Source: a virus
DNA: 64,000 nucleotides
Reading direction: 5' to 3' (one strand)
IMG/VR virus record: IMGVR_UViG_3300037258_000375
Coordinates: 32,001 to 96,000 of that record
Shown: positions 20,724 to 30,861 of the stretch, piece by piece
Position numbering within the stretch: position 1 is the first letter of the stretch
Layout: each line of letters opens with the position of its first letter
Notes under the pieces: generated by a model
What the model was told of the DNA's origin: nothing
Seen by the model: only the letters and a program-made list of their open reading frames with translations
Database searches by the model: none
Position numbers and translations under genes: made by a program

Positions 20724-21260
20724 TTATGCCCCGCGCGAAACAGTGAGAGAATCAATTTCGCCGAATAGTTCATATATATCATCCCAGTCTGGTGGATCGT
20801 AATCTTCTTTCTCCTCGTTCCATTTACCGCAAAACGGATTCACGCTCACTGATGTGCAGTGCAAACCAATCCCCGGTACATCCGGATTCGACAAGAAAAG
20901 CTCTCGCAGCGCTGGCCAGTGATTGACATTATCCGATGGAATCGAAAAGTCTTCGAGAAATACCTTGATCGCGTCGGCCATGCGCGGGTAGTCCTTCTTC
21001 GCGACATAAGCACGATCAAAGGTAAGCATGAAAACGGCTTTGTGCTCCGTTTTTACGCGCGGGTCTTTCCAGAGATTCCACAAGGTGTCCCCGAGTTGCA
21101 TGTAGCCCTTGTTCGGGTGGTCATAAGACCTCGTTACGCTCAGATAGCGAGCGGCCATCAGTTCCCAAATTATCGGAGCCGACCCCCAGCTATTGCCGTA
21201 TTCATCCAGCACGTCCACCCTATCTCCTGGATAAACTGCTATAACATCCGTCTGGCTCAT
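20724..21260 (-). CDS. hypothetical protein
   Basis: Translationally coupled ORF. Confidence 0.55.
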   Translation of the reverse strand: MSQTDVIAVYPGDRVDVLDEYGNSWGSAPIIWELMAARYLSVTRSYDHPNKGYMQLGDTLWNLWKDPRVKTEHKAVFMLTFDRAYVAKKDYPRMADAIKVFLEDFSIPSDNVNHWPALRELFLSNPDVPGIGLHCTSVSVNPFCGKWNEEKEDYDPPDWDDIYELFGEIDSLTVSRGA

Positions 21261-21680
21261 GTCGTCATCTCCCCGAGCTTCTCCTTCGTCTCGTTGAACT
21301 GCTTTCTGTTGTAGAGCAGCAGACAAGCTATAAGCTCTCCGGTTACGAGGCTGCCAACCACATCCCCGGCAATGCCCATCGTGACCTGGGTGCCCAAGCG
21401 GCACTTCGTCGCTTGCACAACGTCTACGCCAAGGCGGATGTCCAGATTATCGTCGGCCATCTTTTTCAGTACATCGAAACTGTTCACTGGCATCCTATTC
21501 CTCCGTCAGAGCCCGAGCGTCTTCCCAGCGTACGGCTCTTTCTTGTCTTCTGACTCTTCATCGTTCACGTGAATATCTTCAAAATACGTGGCCACGCACT
21601 TGATGATTCCAATGACCAAACAGAGCGTGAAAATCGCGGCTGGGAATAACAGTTCCCAAGCGATCCGAACCTCGATATAT

Positions 21681-22178
21681 TCACGCCAAGTGATTGCGTG
21701 ATCCACTCAGACTCCTGGGCGGTGGTCGTAGCCCCGCTTTACGTTCGTCGCGAAATCTTTGTTGCTTTTGCCGCTCACACTCTCTACATCTACGTGATCC
21801 TTTTCGCGAGTCGATTATTAGATTCTCTCCCTCATAGGGATGACCGCGTGGACAGTGAGTTTTTCTGCTCTCTTTATTGTTTGTCACTAGGTCAGCATTA
21901 AGAGCCTGCTCCCGAGGAGTTGCCCACCGACAGTTTTCAGCGGTGTAATCTCCATTATTGTTTTCACGATCTAATGTCTTCCCTGGTGGTCGTTCGCCCA
22001 TGTCTGCATAAAAATTCGCGAAACTGTTCTGCCAGCGTTCACAAATCTTTATCCCACGTCCGCCATAGCGCGGGTATTTGTGGGATTTTGAATTGAGGCA
22101 TCGTTCTTTCATTGCGCGCCACGAACGATACGTCCGCGTTTCTCCCTGCTTTCGCGTGCTGTGCCCATGTTTCTTCAT
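21681..22178 (-). CDS. HNH homing endonuclease
   Basis: YRSW.AMK.RC, YGGRGIKIC.RW, TLDR.NN.G.Y..ENCRWAT, KTHCPRGHPY. Confidence 0.88.
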   Translation of the reverse strand: MKKHGHSTRKQGETRTYRSWRAMKERCLNSKSHKYPRYGGRGIKICERWQNSFANFYADMGERPPGKTLDRENNNGDYTAENCRWATPREQALNADLVTNNKESRKTHCPRGHPYEGENLIIDSRKGSRRCRECERQKQQRFRDERKAGLRPPPRSLSGSRNHLA

Positions 22179-22945
22179 ATTGCCGACATCGGATCATCAA
22201 GTGTATGCTGCTGAGCGCGTTTCCAAAAGTCATGCTCATCTGCCCTGATAGCCAATAAGTCCGCCAACACTTGGTCTGATGGCGGATATACGCCCACGTG
22301 GGTGCCTTGATACCAGCCGAGACAATGGGAACACAAGGCTGCGAGAAAATGGAAATAGACCTTGTCCGCTTTTTTCTCCGGCTTCAGCGCGAGAGTGGGA
22401 AGGCCCTTGCGCAGGCAGTACATCACGCCAGAGCGCTTGCTCTTCTCCAGAAAGGCCCCGGCGAGAATGTAGCTGTCATGCTGCACTTCGTTGAGACGCC
22501 GGAGCAGTGCGCCCATGGCCTTCCACTCCGCAACGGGCTTTACCGCTCCGGCTTGGCAGATCATCGAAGTGATGTACATGTCGAGACGTTCGTTTGTGGT
22601 CACGAACTTCTCCACGATTGCGCCCTTCGAATGCTTCGCCACCGCGATTGTTTTTGGCCGCGTCGTCCAGACATTCACGACCATAGGCGAGTCGTCCTGC
22701 TCATCGACGTCCGAGGTGGAGCACACGCGCACTTCAGGAACGCCATTCATCGAGACAGGCACATCGTGACCGTGCTTGTCGGCAAGCGGGCAGCCCTTCG
22801 CAAGAACGATCTTGCGATCCTGGTCGAAGATGCTCACGATGGGCACGCCGTGGTGCCAGCCGCGCGCTTTGCAGAGTTCATGCACGCCGGATCGGAGAGA
22901 TTCCCAGGTGAGTTCTCCCTTGATGGGCAGTAGGTCTGTGGCCAT
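22175..22945 (-). CDS. CxH/P..D/DE..F family protein (paralog of 29768-30421)
   Basis: A..L...L...Q...Y...G.F, YxLR, LCSH, PPSD..LA.LL..R.DE..F...A. Confidence 0.7.
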   Translation of the reverse strand: MATDLLPIKGELTWESLRSGVHELCKARGWHHGVPIVSIFDQDRKIVLAKGCPLADKHGHDVPVSMNGVPEVRVCSTSDVDEQDDSPMVVNVWTTRPKTIAVAKHSKGAIVEKFVTTNERLDMYITSMICQAGAVKPVAEWKAMGALLRRLNEVQHDSYILAGAFLEKSKRSGVMYCLRKGLPTLALKPEKKADKVYFHFLAALCSHCLGWYQGTHVGVYPPSDQVLADLLAIRADEHDFWKRAQQHTLDDPMSAI

Positions 22946-22946
22946 A

Positions 22947-23312
22947 CTATCCTCCACTTCGCGGCGCAATCGCCACCGTTCGTCCAGATTCCGGACTCAC
23001 TCTCCCATACGATGCCCTACGTGGCAGCCCCTTCGGCCTGCCACGGCCTTTCTTGCGAGGCACTGTCTCCACGGCTTCATCGGGAGTTTCCTGTGTGTCC
23101 AGGCGAATCATGAGCTTGTTCGTCACCGGATCGTAGCCCAACACCCTGTACGTGTGAGTCACATCGCCGATTTCCCTTTCGAGAAAGACGGCGGACCCGG
23201 ACTTGATGAGATCGCCGACGAGCTTGGCAGCTTGCTTGCGGCCATCCTCGTTCGTTGTGTCGATCTCTGAGTTGTCATCGCCGGAAAAGCTATTGAGGAT
23301 TTGGATATTCAT
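22947..23312 (-). CDS. small protein ending in di-Gly (paralog of 30862-31116)
   Basis: ILN..GD..D..N, L.KSG, YDP, C-terminal APRSGG. Confidence 0.7.
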   Translation of the reverse strand: MNIQILNSFSGDDNSEIDTTNEDGRKQAAKLVGDLIKSGSAVFLEREIGDVTHTYRVLGYDPVTNKLMIRLDTQETPDEAVETVPRKKGRGRPKGLPRRASYGRVSPESGRTVAIAPRSGG

Positions 23313-24445
23313 ATGACCACCTCTGAGTACAACACCCGTTCTATCGCGCTCGGTCCATGTGCCGTGATGGCCACAGGCACACGTAGGTTCGCCGCCATCG
23401 AGTAGAGAAAATCAACTTCCGACTCACCGATACGTGGCAGGTAGTCTAGGTGGCTCACTGCGAGGTAATCGACACCGCCGATGATTCGGAGAGCCCGCCG
23501 CGCCATGTTGAAATCGAACTGCCCCACCCGAAACTTTCCCTGAAGCGAGCTATCGGAGTTGTGTAGCTCTGGCAAATCGAGCGCTGGGTCTTCGCTCGGG
23601 AACGGACCGGCACCGTGGCGCGTGTAATAGCTGCGCAGGCAGCCGACGCGGGTACGCTCTTTGACTTTCGCTTCATCGAGAAGTGTATTCGCATTTTCGA
23701 AGGTAGTGTTCGTCCAGGTGTTGTGCGGCGCGGTGCCGTACGTCTCATCGAGCATCACGCCCTGTGCGCCCTCAAAGACCATGCATTCTTCCGGCTTGAA
23801 GTGATCGACGATCTTGGCTGGCCAACTCTCGAAGTCGGCCATGGTCCGGCTGAGAACTGCTATGTCTTTGCTGCGATGAATGACGATGCCCAGTTCTTCC
23901 CGAAGCTTCACGATCTCATCGAGAAGCATATCCGAGATAAATGTGAGCTTACGGCGGAGCGTGACCAGATTCTGCGTGTCACCAGCGTAGGGAACATAGA
24001 GCGGGTGCTTTATCTGCATCTCTCGCGCCACACCGATGCCCATTCCGCAGCTTCCATGTCTTGCATCGCCGCGCGCCATCTCGCGAAGTTGATTGAGATG
24101 CTTATGAAACGGCGTGACCAGGAGCGCTCTCTGATCGACTGTGGTGCGGTCCCATACGTCTCCCGCCAGATTTGAAAGCTCTTCTGCCTCTCGCATCATC
24201 GACACCGGATCGATAACCATGTAGCGCGAGAGAAATGTCTTCACGTGCGGGTTCGCCAGTGTTCCCGCTCCAAACTGCGCGAAGGTGTGGTGGTCTCCCT
24301 CTGGAGTAACCACGTTGTGCGCCGCCTGAGAGCCGCCGTTATAGCGCACCACTAGATCGACCGGATATTCACGACATAATTTATCGACACATGCCCCCTT
24401 GCCTTCGTCTCCGAAGGCAAGTCCTGCCACAAGAAATGCTTTCAT
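23309..24445 (-). CDS. adenylosuccinate synthetase-like protein
   Basis: GDEGKG, RYNGG.QAAH, HGSCG.GIG, EGAQG..LD, YTRHGAGPFP. Confidence 0.85.
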   Translation of the reverse strand: MKAFLVAGLAFGDEGKGACVDKLCREYPVDLVVRYNGGSQAAHNVVTPEGDHHTFAQFGAGTLANPHVKTFLSRYMVIDPVSMMREAEELSNLAGDVWDRTTVDQRALLVTPFHKHLNQLREMARGDARHGSCGMGIGVAREMQIKHPLYVPYAGDTQNLVTLRRKLTFISDMLLDEIVKLREELGIVIHRSKDIAVLSRTMADFESWPAKIVDHFKPEECMVFEGAQGVMLDETYGTAPHNTWTNTTFENANTLLDEAKVKERTRVGCLRSYYTRHGAGPFPSEDPALDLPELHNSDSSLQGKFRVGQFDFNMARRALRIIGGVDYLAVSHLDYLPRIGESEVDFLYSMAANLRVPVAITAHGPSAIERVLYSEVVI

Positions 24446-24724
24446 TTATTCCCCCAGGTTCTTTATACACACCGTAAATGCAGTGAGCGGGCGGTTCGGC
24501 CTCCCGTCCGGGCGAAGCGGATGCGTGTCGCTGATCTGACGGTAGAAGGTCATAGCCTGCGCCCCATCGTCGAATCGCTTCGCCTCGGCGAGGTTGAAGG
24601 TCGTAGTGAGATCGCCATGGCCGTCGTGACCGTTAGGGTCGTACGTTTTCACATACGACCCCTCCAGTTCGGACGGCAATGACTCAAGCCCGCCAAGCCG
24701 TTCGATTTGGATAACGGCGCTCAC
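24446..24724 (-). CDS. hypothetical protein
   Basis: Coupled ORF; RPDGRPNRPLTAFTV. Confidence 0.6.
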   Translation of the reverse strand: MSAVIQIERLGGLESLPSELEGSYVKTYDPNGHDGHGDLTTTFNLAEAKRFDDGAQAMTFYRQISDTHPLRPDGRPNRPLTAFTVCIKNLGE

Positions 24725-25659
24725 AGACGTGCGGCCTTGCCTGCTCCGGACGTCGTCAGCGCAGCCGCCGCGTGCGCGCTGTGCTTCACCAGGGCATGTG
24801 CTTCGTGATCGCTCACGCCGACCGCAACCAGATCGTCAACGACCGAGTCTGCCGACTTCTCTTCACAGAGAGCGACGGTAGAGGCGATGAGTTCGCAAAT
24901 CAGGTTCGCGTGCTGCAACACAAGAACAGACTCTTCTCCGAAAAGCTTCTTGTATTGCTCAAACGAGTGCTGATAGGAACCGTGCGGCCAGATCACGAAA
25001 ATGGTAAAGTTGCGGCGTGCTTCTTCGATGATCTCTGCGATGGGGATGTCGGCCTGGATGGTATCGCCGAACACAGCGTGGACATGCTTTTTCCCCACTT
25101 GATCGAAGATCGGCTCGTCTGCGAACATGAAGAAGTATCCCTTCTTGTCACGCTTCTCCAGGCAATCGAGGCTGACCTTGCGCGCCGCCGCATAAAGCAG
25201 CAGATCGTAAGACTCGCCGTGATTAGAGCCGCCTTGGCCGACAAGCCAGATGTTCCGGATGTGCTCATCCACGCGGATATCGCTCTCGAAGTCCGAAATC
25301 TGGATGCAGTTCTTGCCGACAGAAAAGAAGTCGTCGTTCGCGGCAACGGCAACTTGCGGGTCCGGCAAATACTTATTCAAGAGGTCCATGAGGTTCGGGA
25401 GCTTCTTCTGCGCATCGACGGCGCGGTCGTAGTTCGAACCGGTTACGTCGAACGCGACCAGCACTGCATTCGATGTCGGATGCTCAGCGGAATCCCGCGA
25501 TTCAAGCTTGCCGACAGGCTTTGTGTTAATACGCATCGGGTCCAGGTTCGCATGAACCGAACTCGCGGTTGTTGTGTAGGCAAAGTCTGGCGTGCCTGAA
25601 GCACGACGACTTGAAGTTGTACTGTGATATGTACCTGAGTCCCAGCGGCCACCGCCCAT
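24721..25659 (-). CDS. vWA domain protein
   Basis: MGGGRW, ESRDS.EHP, FDVTGS, GGxNxGESY, KGYFF..ADE. Confidence 0.85.
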   Translation of the reverse strand: MGGGRWDSGTYHSTTSSRRASGTPDFAYTTTASSVHANLDPMRINTKPVGKLESRDSAEHPTSNAVLVAFDVTGSNYDRAVDAQKKLPNLMDLLNKYLPDPQVAVAANDDFFSVGKNCIQISDFESDIRVDEHIRNIWLVGQGGSNHGESYDLLLYAAARKVSLDCLEKRDKKGYFFMFADEPIFDQVGKKHVHAVFGDTIQADIPIAEIIEEARRNFTIFVIWPHGSYQHSFEQYKKLFGEESVLVLQHANLICELIASTVALCEEKSADSVVDDLVAVGVSDHEAHALVKHSAHAAAALTTSGAGKAARL

Positions 25660-25671
25660 GATTTCCTCCGC

Positions 25672-26715
25672 TTACGTCGGCAAGTTGAATGCGATCCACT
25701 TCGGAGAGCCGTACTCCTTAGCAGCCGCCTCTTTCCAGTCCTGCAAAACATCTCCAGCTTTCTGGTAGCGTTTCTTATAGTCAGAATCGAGGCACTTCAC
25801 AAGAATTTTTCCCAAGGCGGGCATCCACAACGATCCGCAAAGATACACCATCAACTTCGCGGCCATGTAGATGTCCGAAGCAGGGCCGATGTACTTCTTA
25901 GACAGAAGCTCTGGCGCATAATGGTCCTGCCACGCCGGAATCCAGGATGACAGTCTTGTCCGCTCTTCGTAATTGACTGAATAGCACCAGTCGATCATCC
26001 GGATGGAGTGCTTGCGTGGATCGACACCGGAGCCTCCGTCGTTATCTGGATAGAACATAACGTGTGGCGGAAGGATCGCCCCATGCACCAGCCGGAAGTG
26101 ATGTGTCCATGTCAGTACAGCCAAAATCCTCTTAAACATCCAGACGCCGGTTCGCGTGTCAACATTCTCGATCTTCACGTGAACTTGCTGCGCGGTCACG
26201 AATCCTGAGAAATTCGTGATGACGTTCGCCTCGCGCTTCATCGTTGCCTCGATCCAGAAGTTGTCGATTAGCACAGGTACGCCTTCGCGGATCGGCCCGT
26301 CAATCTTGCTCAACGCTTTGAGTGCGACGATCTCCGCCCTAAGAAGGTCGTTGTCATCGTGATTTCTCGCAACCTTGATGAGTTCCTTGCCGCCTTCCGT
26401 TGTGTAGAGATCGGCGATGTCGCCGATGCGTGGGTGCGGCTTGGCGTTGTACTTACCGATCTTCAGAGGAACGCAGTGGGGGAGCGGAAGACGCTTGCCC
26501 CAATTGCCTTTCCTTACTCGAATATCGGCCTCATTCTTCAACGCGGAGAGTTGCTGGAACACTTTCGCAGCGAGCGGCTCTGTCGGATGAAAGTCGGGGT
26601 GACAAGACCGCGCGAGCTTCCTGAAGACCACAGACGGATCATCTCCCGATCCGAATACATCCTCCGGACAGCACGCGCTCTCCAGCTTATCGTGCATCAA
26701 TTGCAATTCGCTCAT
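25672..26715 (-). CDS. J-domain-like plus Ser/Thr kinase-like (pseudokinase) protein
   Basis: FRKLARSCHPD; GDIADLY, K.AR..DNDLL..E, VHGAILPPHV, IDWCYS, YAPE, SDIYM. Confidence 0.8.
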   Translation of the reverse strand: MSELQLMHDKLESACCPEDVFGSGDDPSVVFRKLARSCHPDFHPTEPLAAKVFQQLSALKNEADIRVRKGNWGKRLPLPHCVPLKIGKYNAKPHPRIGDIADLYTTEGGKELIKVARNHDDNDLLRAEIVALKALSKIDGPIREGVPVLIDNFWIEATMKREANVITNFSGFVTAQQVHVKIENVDTRTGVWMFKRILAVLTWTHHFRLVHGAILPPHVMFYPDNDGGSGVDPRKHSIRMIDWCYSVNYEERTRLSSWIPAWQDHYAPELLSKKYIGPASDIYMAAKLMVYLCGSLWMPALGKILVKCLDSDYKKRYQKAGDVLQDWKEAAAKEYGSPKWIAFNLPT

Positions 26716-27347
26716 GCAGCTTCGTCCATGAACTTGCGCCGGGGCAAGATCGGTCCACTTGGCTTCACGCCTAAAGGATTTTCCGTGTAGCCCTCATACC
26801 ACGGTGCGGTTGAAGGAAGCGATAGGCGAATGAACTGGCGATCCACGTCGCCAAGCTGGCGGGTCGATTCATGCACACACATCCCGTCCACCCAATAGAC
26901 CATGCCTGGAGCGAAGATGGTGCCCGGAGAGCGTAGCTCGCCCCGCAGATGCTCGCAGCTTCCCTCTTCTCCCACTTCACCGTGGAATTGCTGCGCCCAG
27001 GCGCAACAGCCCGCGTGCGAAGACACAGTGAGCATCCCAGTCGCTCTGCTCGCCCAAGGCGCACCTCCACCCCATCCGCGACCCTCCCCGCCATCTACGT
27101 GCAGTCCTGCGCGCCGATGCGTTCGTCCGAGGGCAACCGTCTTCTCATCGATGGTGAGGTAGCCGACTTTCCCCAAATGCTTCGCGTCCATCATCCGGAA
27201 AAGGCACCACGCCACATCCCAGTAATGTAAAACAAAATCGGGAAAGGTCGATACGCCCCCGAGAATAATCGGAAGCATCATGACCCGTGTGCCCGAGAAC
27301 GGCGGTAATTTAACTTCGCCGACTTCGCGAAAAGTGCTTGTAAACAT
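26712..27347 (-). CDS. putative 2OG-Fe(II) oxygenase-fold protein
   Basis: YLTIDE, HRR.GLHVDG (HxD), HES, RQFIR. Confidence 0.55.
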   Translation of the reverse strand: MFTSTFREVGEVKLPPFSGTRVMMLPIILGGVSTFPDFVLHYWDVAWCLFRMMDAKHLGKVGYLTIDEKTVALGRTHRRAGLHVDGGEGRGWGGGAPWASRATGMLTVSSHAGCCAWAQQFHGEVGEEGSCEHLRGELRSPGTIFAPGMVYWVDGMCVHESTRQLGDVDRQFIRLSLPSTAPWYEGYTENPLGVKPSGPILPRRKFMDEAA

Positions 27348-27375
27348 ACCCTTCCCCCTTTTACTCATACACGAA

Positions 27376-28707
27376 CTAGAAGCTACCGCTATCGCCTCCG
27401 AAGCTACCGCTATCCCCGCCTCCGAAGTCCGATGAAGATGACGAGTCGCTGAAGCTGCTACTGCTGCTGTCGTCAAAGCCGCTCGATGACGATGAATCGC
27501 TAAAACTACTGCTACTGCTGTCATCGAAGCTGCTCGATGACGACGAGTCATTCCAACTGCTGCTCGATTCCTCTCGAACCGCGACCGGCTCCGGCTCTGG
27601 AACGAAGACGGGCTCGATGATGGGAACAATGACCGGGCTGGGGCCATAATAACCATCGTCGATGTACGCTGGCCGAGCAGGGGCCTTATTGATGATCGTC
27701 GTATTCGTCACAGACGGAGACGCTGCCGGAGCGGCCTGCGGAGGGGTTGGAGGTGTAGGGCCGGGTTTCGGAACGTCGGGATCAGGATTGCCCGCAGGAG
27801 CGGTAGAGTGGCCGTCGCCGGAATGCCTCGAAGCACTACGATCAAACCGGAACTTGCGCGAAGCTTGAGCTACTTCCGCATCGACTTTGTCGGCAATCCA
27901 CTTATAGCGCTTCCCGATCTCCTCGTACTCCTCGATGTCGAGACCTTTCGTATCCGGATTGAAGGTCTCGCTCTGGTTCAACCGGGAGAACTCCTCCGAC
28001 AATGCGTAGTTAGTGCTGTTGATGATCTTCCCCGCCGCCTCGTTCCGCCATAGCACCGCTTGTTGCTGCGCCAGGAGACGCTTGCGCCGGAAGTTAAACA
28101 GGGCGAGAATACCGATCACGCAACAACCGAGAAGGATCGCGCCAAGCAACCAATCCAGCCATCTCCAAAGTCCGGACATGTCTGTTGCTTGCTTGGTAAT
28201 AACGGTGGTGGCCGGATGTAGAGCCGCCGTTTGAAATGCTTCGATCTGCACTGCGGCTTGAGACATACCGGCAATCATGCCCCGTGTCCAGTCGCCGTCT
28301 CGGAAGGCGGGAGCCATGAACTGCGTGCGGATCACAGACGTATTGAGTGCCCGTCCGAACTCGTTCCCCACAAACAACCCCGCCGCGTGCCGCTTCGGGA
28401 ACACGAGGAACACGATCAGGTTGTTCTTCACTCCTCCGCTGGCCGATTGCCACGATGGACACTCCTTCTGTAGTGTGGCGACGTACTGCTCGGGCGTGGT
28501 CTTGGAGGTGTCATCCAAGATCACGCGCGGGTCGGCACCCTTCGCCGCGAGCATAGAAGCAGAATGAACAAGCGCATCACCCTGACCGCTCCTGAGAAGC
28601 GATGACGGGTCCGCGAAAACTGGCGAGTCGCACGAATGCGAAAACACTTGACTCCAGCCCATGGAGGCCAGAGCCACAAATATGCAGGCGATCAAAACTC
28701 GTCTCAT
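27376..28707 (-). CDS. TPM-domain membrane protein with Pro-rich and Ser/Gly/Asp-rich tail
   Basis: Signal peptide, NNLIVFLV, M.PAFRDGDW..G, TM helix, low-complexity C-terminus. Confidence 0.75.
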   Translation of the reverse strand: MRRVLIACIFVALASMGWSQVFSHSCDSPVFADPSSLLRSGQGDALVHSASMLAAKGADPRVILDDTSKTTPEQYVATLQKECPSWQSASGGVKNNLIVFLVFPKRHAAGLFVGNEFGRALNTSVIRTQFMAPAFRDGDWTRGMIAGMSQAAVQIEAFQTAALHPATTVITKQATDMSGLWRWLDWLLGAILLGCCVIGILALFNFRRKRLLAQQQAVLWRNEAAGKIINSTNYALSEEFSRLNQSETFNPDTKGLDIEEYEEIGKRYKWIADKVDAEVAQASRKFRFDRSASRHSGDGHSTAPAGNPDPDVPKPGPTPPTPPQAAPAASPSVTNTTIINKAPARPAYIDDGYYGPSPVIVPIIEPVFVPEPEPVAVREESSSSWNDSSSSSSFDDSSSSSFSDSSSSSGFDDSSSSSFSDSSSSSDFGGGDSGSFGGDSGSF

Positions 28708-28757
28708 GGAACTTCCTTTCACATCGAGCATTCGAGGGAGGGTTTCCGTGTGGTCGT

Positions 28758-29417
28758 TTATTTCAGTGACGCGAGAAGGGCATCCACTTCAGGGCTGTTC
28801 GCGTTCGATGGTTGAGGCGTTGTGGTGAGTGCCCGGTCAAACTCAGCGCTGGCTACATCGTTGTGGCGGCGCATTCTTTGCTCCACATCATCGACGGATT
28901 GATTGCCATCAAAGCCAAGTGCGGCATTCGCTTGGGTCAACGCGGAAGCGGCCTGATGCTTTGCCTTCGTGTCCATATCCAGGCGTTCGAGTTCACGCAC
29001 GCGAGCAACCATCAACTGATGCTTCGCGTTCAACAAATCGGCGGACTCCTTCAGCTTGGCCACCACGGTCTGTTGGTCGGTGATGTCGGTACCCATCTTC
29101 GTGAAGTGCGTCGTCTCTTCGACGATGTTTGCGGCCTTCATCCGCGCTGCCTGAGAATTGGGATCGGCAATGAGAATGGCCTTGACTTCCTTCTTCTGTG
29201 ATTCAATTTGATTGCCGAGGTCCTGGTATTCGCGGGTGAGCGTACGCAGTCCGCCATCCTGCGCAGCGATTTCGGTATTCATCTTGCCCATCGCGTCTTC
29301 GAGATCACGGCAATACTGACGCACGGCAGATGGTGAGTTCGCGTCAATCTCTTTATCCAGCAGATCATGTGCTGCACCCAGCGTGACGACGCGAAGCTTT
29401 TGCAGAAAACCAGTCAT
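28758..29417 (-). CDS. PspA/IM30 (ESCRT-III-like) family protein
   Basis: H.LLDK..D..P..VRQ..RDLE, long coiled coil, VDALLASLK end. Confidence 0.7.
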   Translation of the reverse strand: MTGFLQKLRVVTLGAAHDLLDKEIDANSPSAVRQYCRDLEDAMGKMNTEIAAQDGGLRTLTREYQDLGNQIESQKKEVKAILIADPNSQAARMKAANIVEETTHFTKMGTDITDQQTVVAKLKESADLLNAKHQLMVARVRELERLDMDTKAKHQAASALTQANAALGFDGNQSVDDVEQRMRRHNDVASAEFDRALTTTPQPSNANSPEVDALLASLK

Positions 29418-29457
29418 AAACTCTTCTCCTGGAGCGCCACGCAGTGGCCGGTTGCTG

Positions 29458-29736
29458 TTACAGTGCCGCTGCTAATTCGTAATCTTCCGCCAGTAGATCA
29501 CTCTGAGAGCACGCCCACGGTACGACGGTTCCCTGATAAGTCATCATGTCTACGTGCGACTGATACTGAATCTCCGTCCCTTCGGGATAGATACCCAAAA
29601 GCGGAAGTCGGTTCACCTGGAACTTAGAGCCCGGAACCAGGAACAGATACATTCCCTTCCCGTTCCAGCCAGCCCGACATACCCGCTCGCCGCTTTGCAA
29701 CTGTTCGAGTGCCCATCCTAATCCTTGCTTCTCCAT
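29458..29736 (-). CDS. DUF2829 domain protein
   Basis: AL..L..G..V.R.GWNGKGM.L, VPW..SQ.DLLAED. Confidence 0.85.
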   Translation of the reverse strand: MEKQGLGWALEQLQSGERVCRAGWNGKGMYLFLVPGSKFQVNRLPLLGIYPEGTEIQYQSHVDMMTYQGTVVPWACSQSDLLAEDYELAAAL

Positions 29737-29767
29737 TGATTTTTCCTTCCGCCACAACTGTGGCTGG

Positions 29768-30421
29768 TTATGCTGCTAGTCGAGTGCGATTTGCTATTTC
29801 AAGAAATTTCTTCTCATCGGTGCGCAGCATCAAAAGCTGCGATACCATGTTATCCGCATCCGGCATCCACTCCGACGGATGCGCACACAACCGCAAGATC
29901 GGTTTGCCCTTCTCGATCTGCTCGATGTTTTGCGACCGCTCCTTCTTGATCCGGTAGATGCGCTCGTTCACATGGGTCTCGAAATAGCCATGGTCTCGAT
30001 ACTGCCGAACCTGTTCTGGCTTGAGGATCGTAAACATCAACTGCTCGGCGCGCGCCTCCGCGATCTTTCGCTTTTCGGCTGCCTCGAAACGTGCCGCTTT
30101 CTCTTCGGCTGACTCGGGCGGTTGGCATCCAAGCCCAAGAATGGAAATCATTTGGTTATGATTGTTATTCATCATCTGGCTGTACATCATCTGGCTGTAC
30201 CAGATATTGGCGTTCGAGACGGTTACATAAGACATAGATGTGCCTGTCCCCCCACCTATTGCATAGGCAGAGTCCGCACTCTTCGACGCGCCCCCGAGCA
30301 GCTTTGACCAGTTATTGCTCATTTGATCCACCATCGCTTGCGCGCCATAGGCAGTCCTCGCGCCCTTCACATCCGATCCGTTCAACGCTTTTGAAATCCA
30401 CGACTCCGATTTATATGGCAT
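29768..30421 (-). CDS. CxH/P..D/DE..F family protein (paralog of 22175-22945)
   Basis: A..L....L..EQ..QY...GYF, YRI, LCAHP, P..D....QLL.LR.DE..F...AN. Confidence 0.7.
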   Translation of the reverse strand: MPYKSESWISKALNGSDVKGARTAYGAQAMVDQMSNNWSKLLGGASKSADSAYAIGGGTGTSMSYVTVSNANIWYSQMMYSQMMNNNHNQMISILGLGCQPPESAEEKAARFEAAEKRKIAEARAEQLMFTILKPEQVRQYRDHGYFETHVNERIYRIKKERSQNIEQIEKGKPILRLCAHPSEWMPDADNMVSQLLMLRTDEKKFLEIANRTRLAA

Positions 30422-30854
30422 TGTCGCTCGCCTTCATCATTCTTTTTGCTTTGTCGAGGAAGGTTTGCTCATCCTTCTTGGGAGGCCATCCGTTGGGATC
30501 GGACGGTACGAACATCTCCTGGGCCACGACAACCTGCTTGCTAGTTTGTATGCCAAGACATGTGATCTTCCGCACGAAGACGCGCCTCAGACCGCCCATC
30601 TCCTTCAACTCCTGCTCGTTGTAGAAGACGTGAAATCCGGGAGCATACGGCTTCGAGTCTAATGCGGTGATTTTTTTCCCTGGAGTGTGTTCGTCTGTGG
30701 CGGTGATCCATTTATCCAGCGGCACGTCTGCCGATTTGGCGATGGTGAACTGCTGGAAGGTCGGCTTCCTCGCGGTGCCGCCGAATTCCTTCCAGGCATC
30801 CATGATGAGGCCCGAAGGATTATCGTATGTCTCTTTGACTATGGAGAGGCACAT
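30411..30854 (-). CDS. hypothetical protein
   Basis: MCLS start, Y..GFH motif. Confidence 0.6.
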   Translation of the reverse strand: MCLSIVKETYDNPSGLIMDAWKEFGGTARKPTFQQFTIAKSADVPLDKWITATDEHTPGKKITALDSKPYAPGFHVFYNEQELKEMGGLRRVFVRKITCLGIQTSKQVVVAQEMFVPSDPNGWPPKKDEQTFLDKAKRMMKASDNAI

Positions 30855-30861
30855 AGCTCAA

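Noticed and set aside
23309-24445. PurZ (2-aminoadenine Z-genome pathway)
   Set aside because: It retains GDEGKG with Asp as in PurA rather than the Ser-type PurZ motif; no DatZ/MazZ or DNA polymerase neighbours were recognised.
27376-27560. Tandem DNA repeat element
   Set aside because: Explained by the Ser/Gly/Asp low-complexity tail of the TPM protein.
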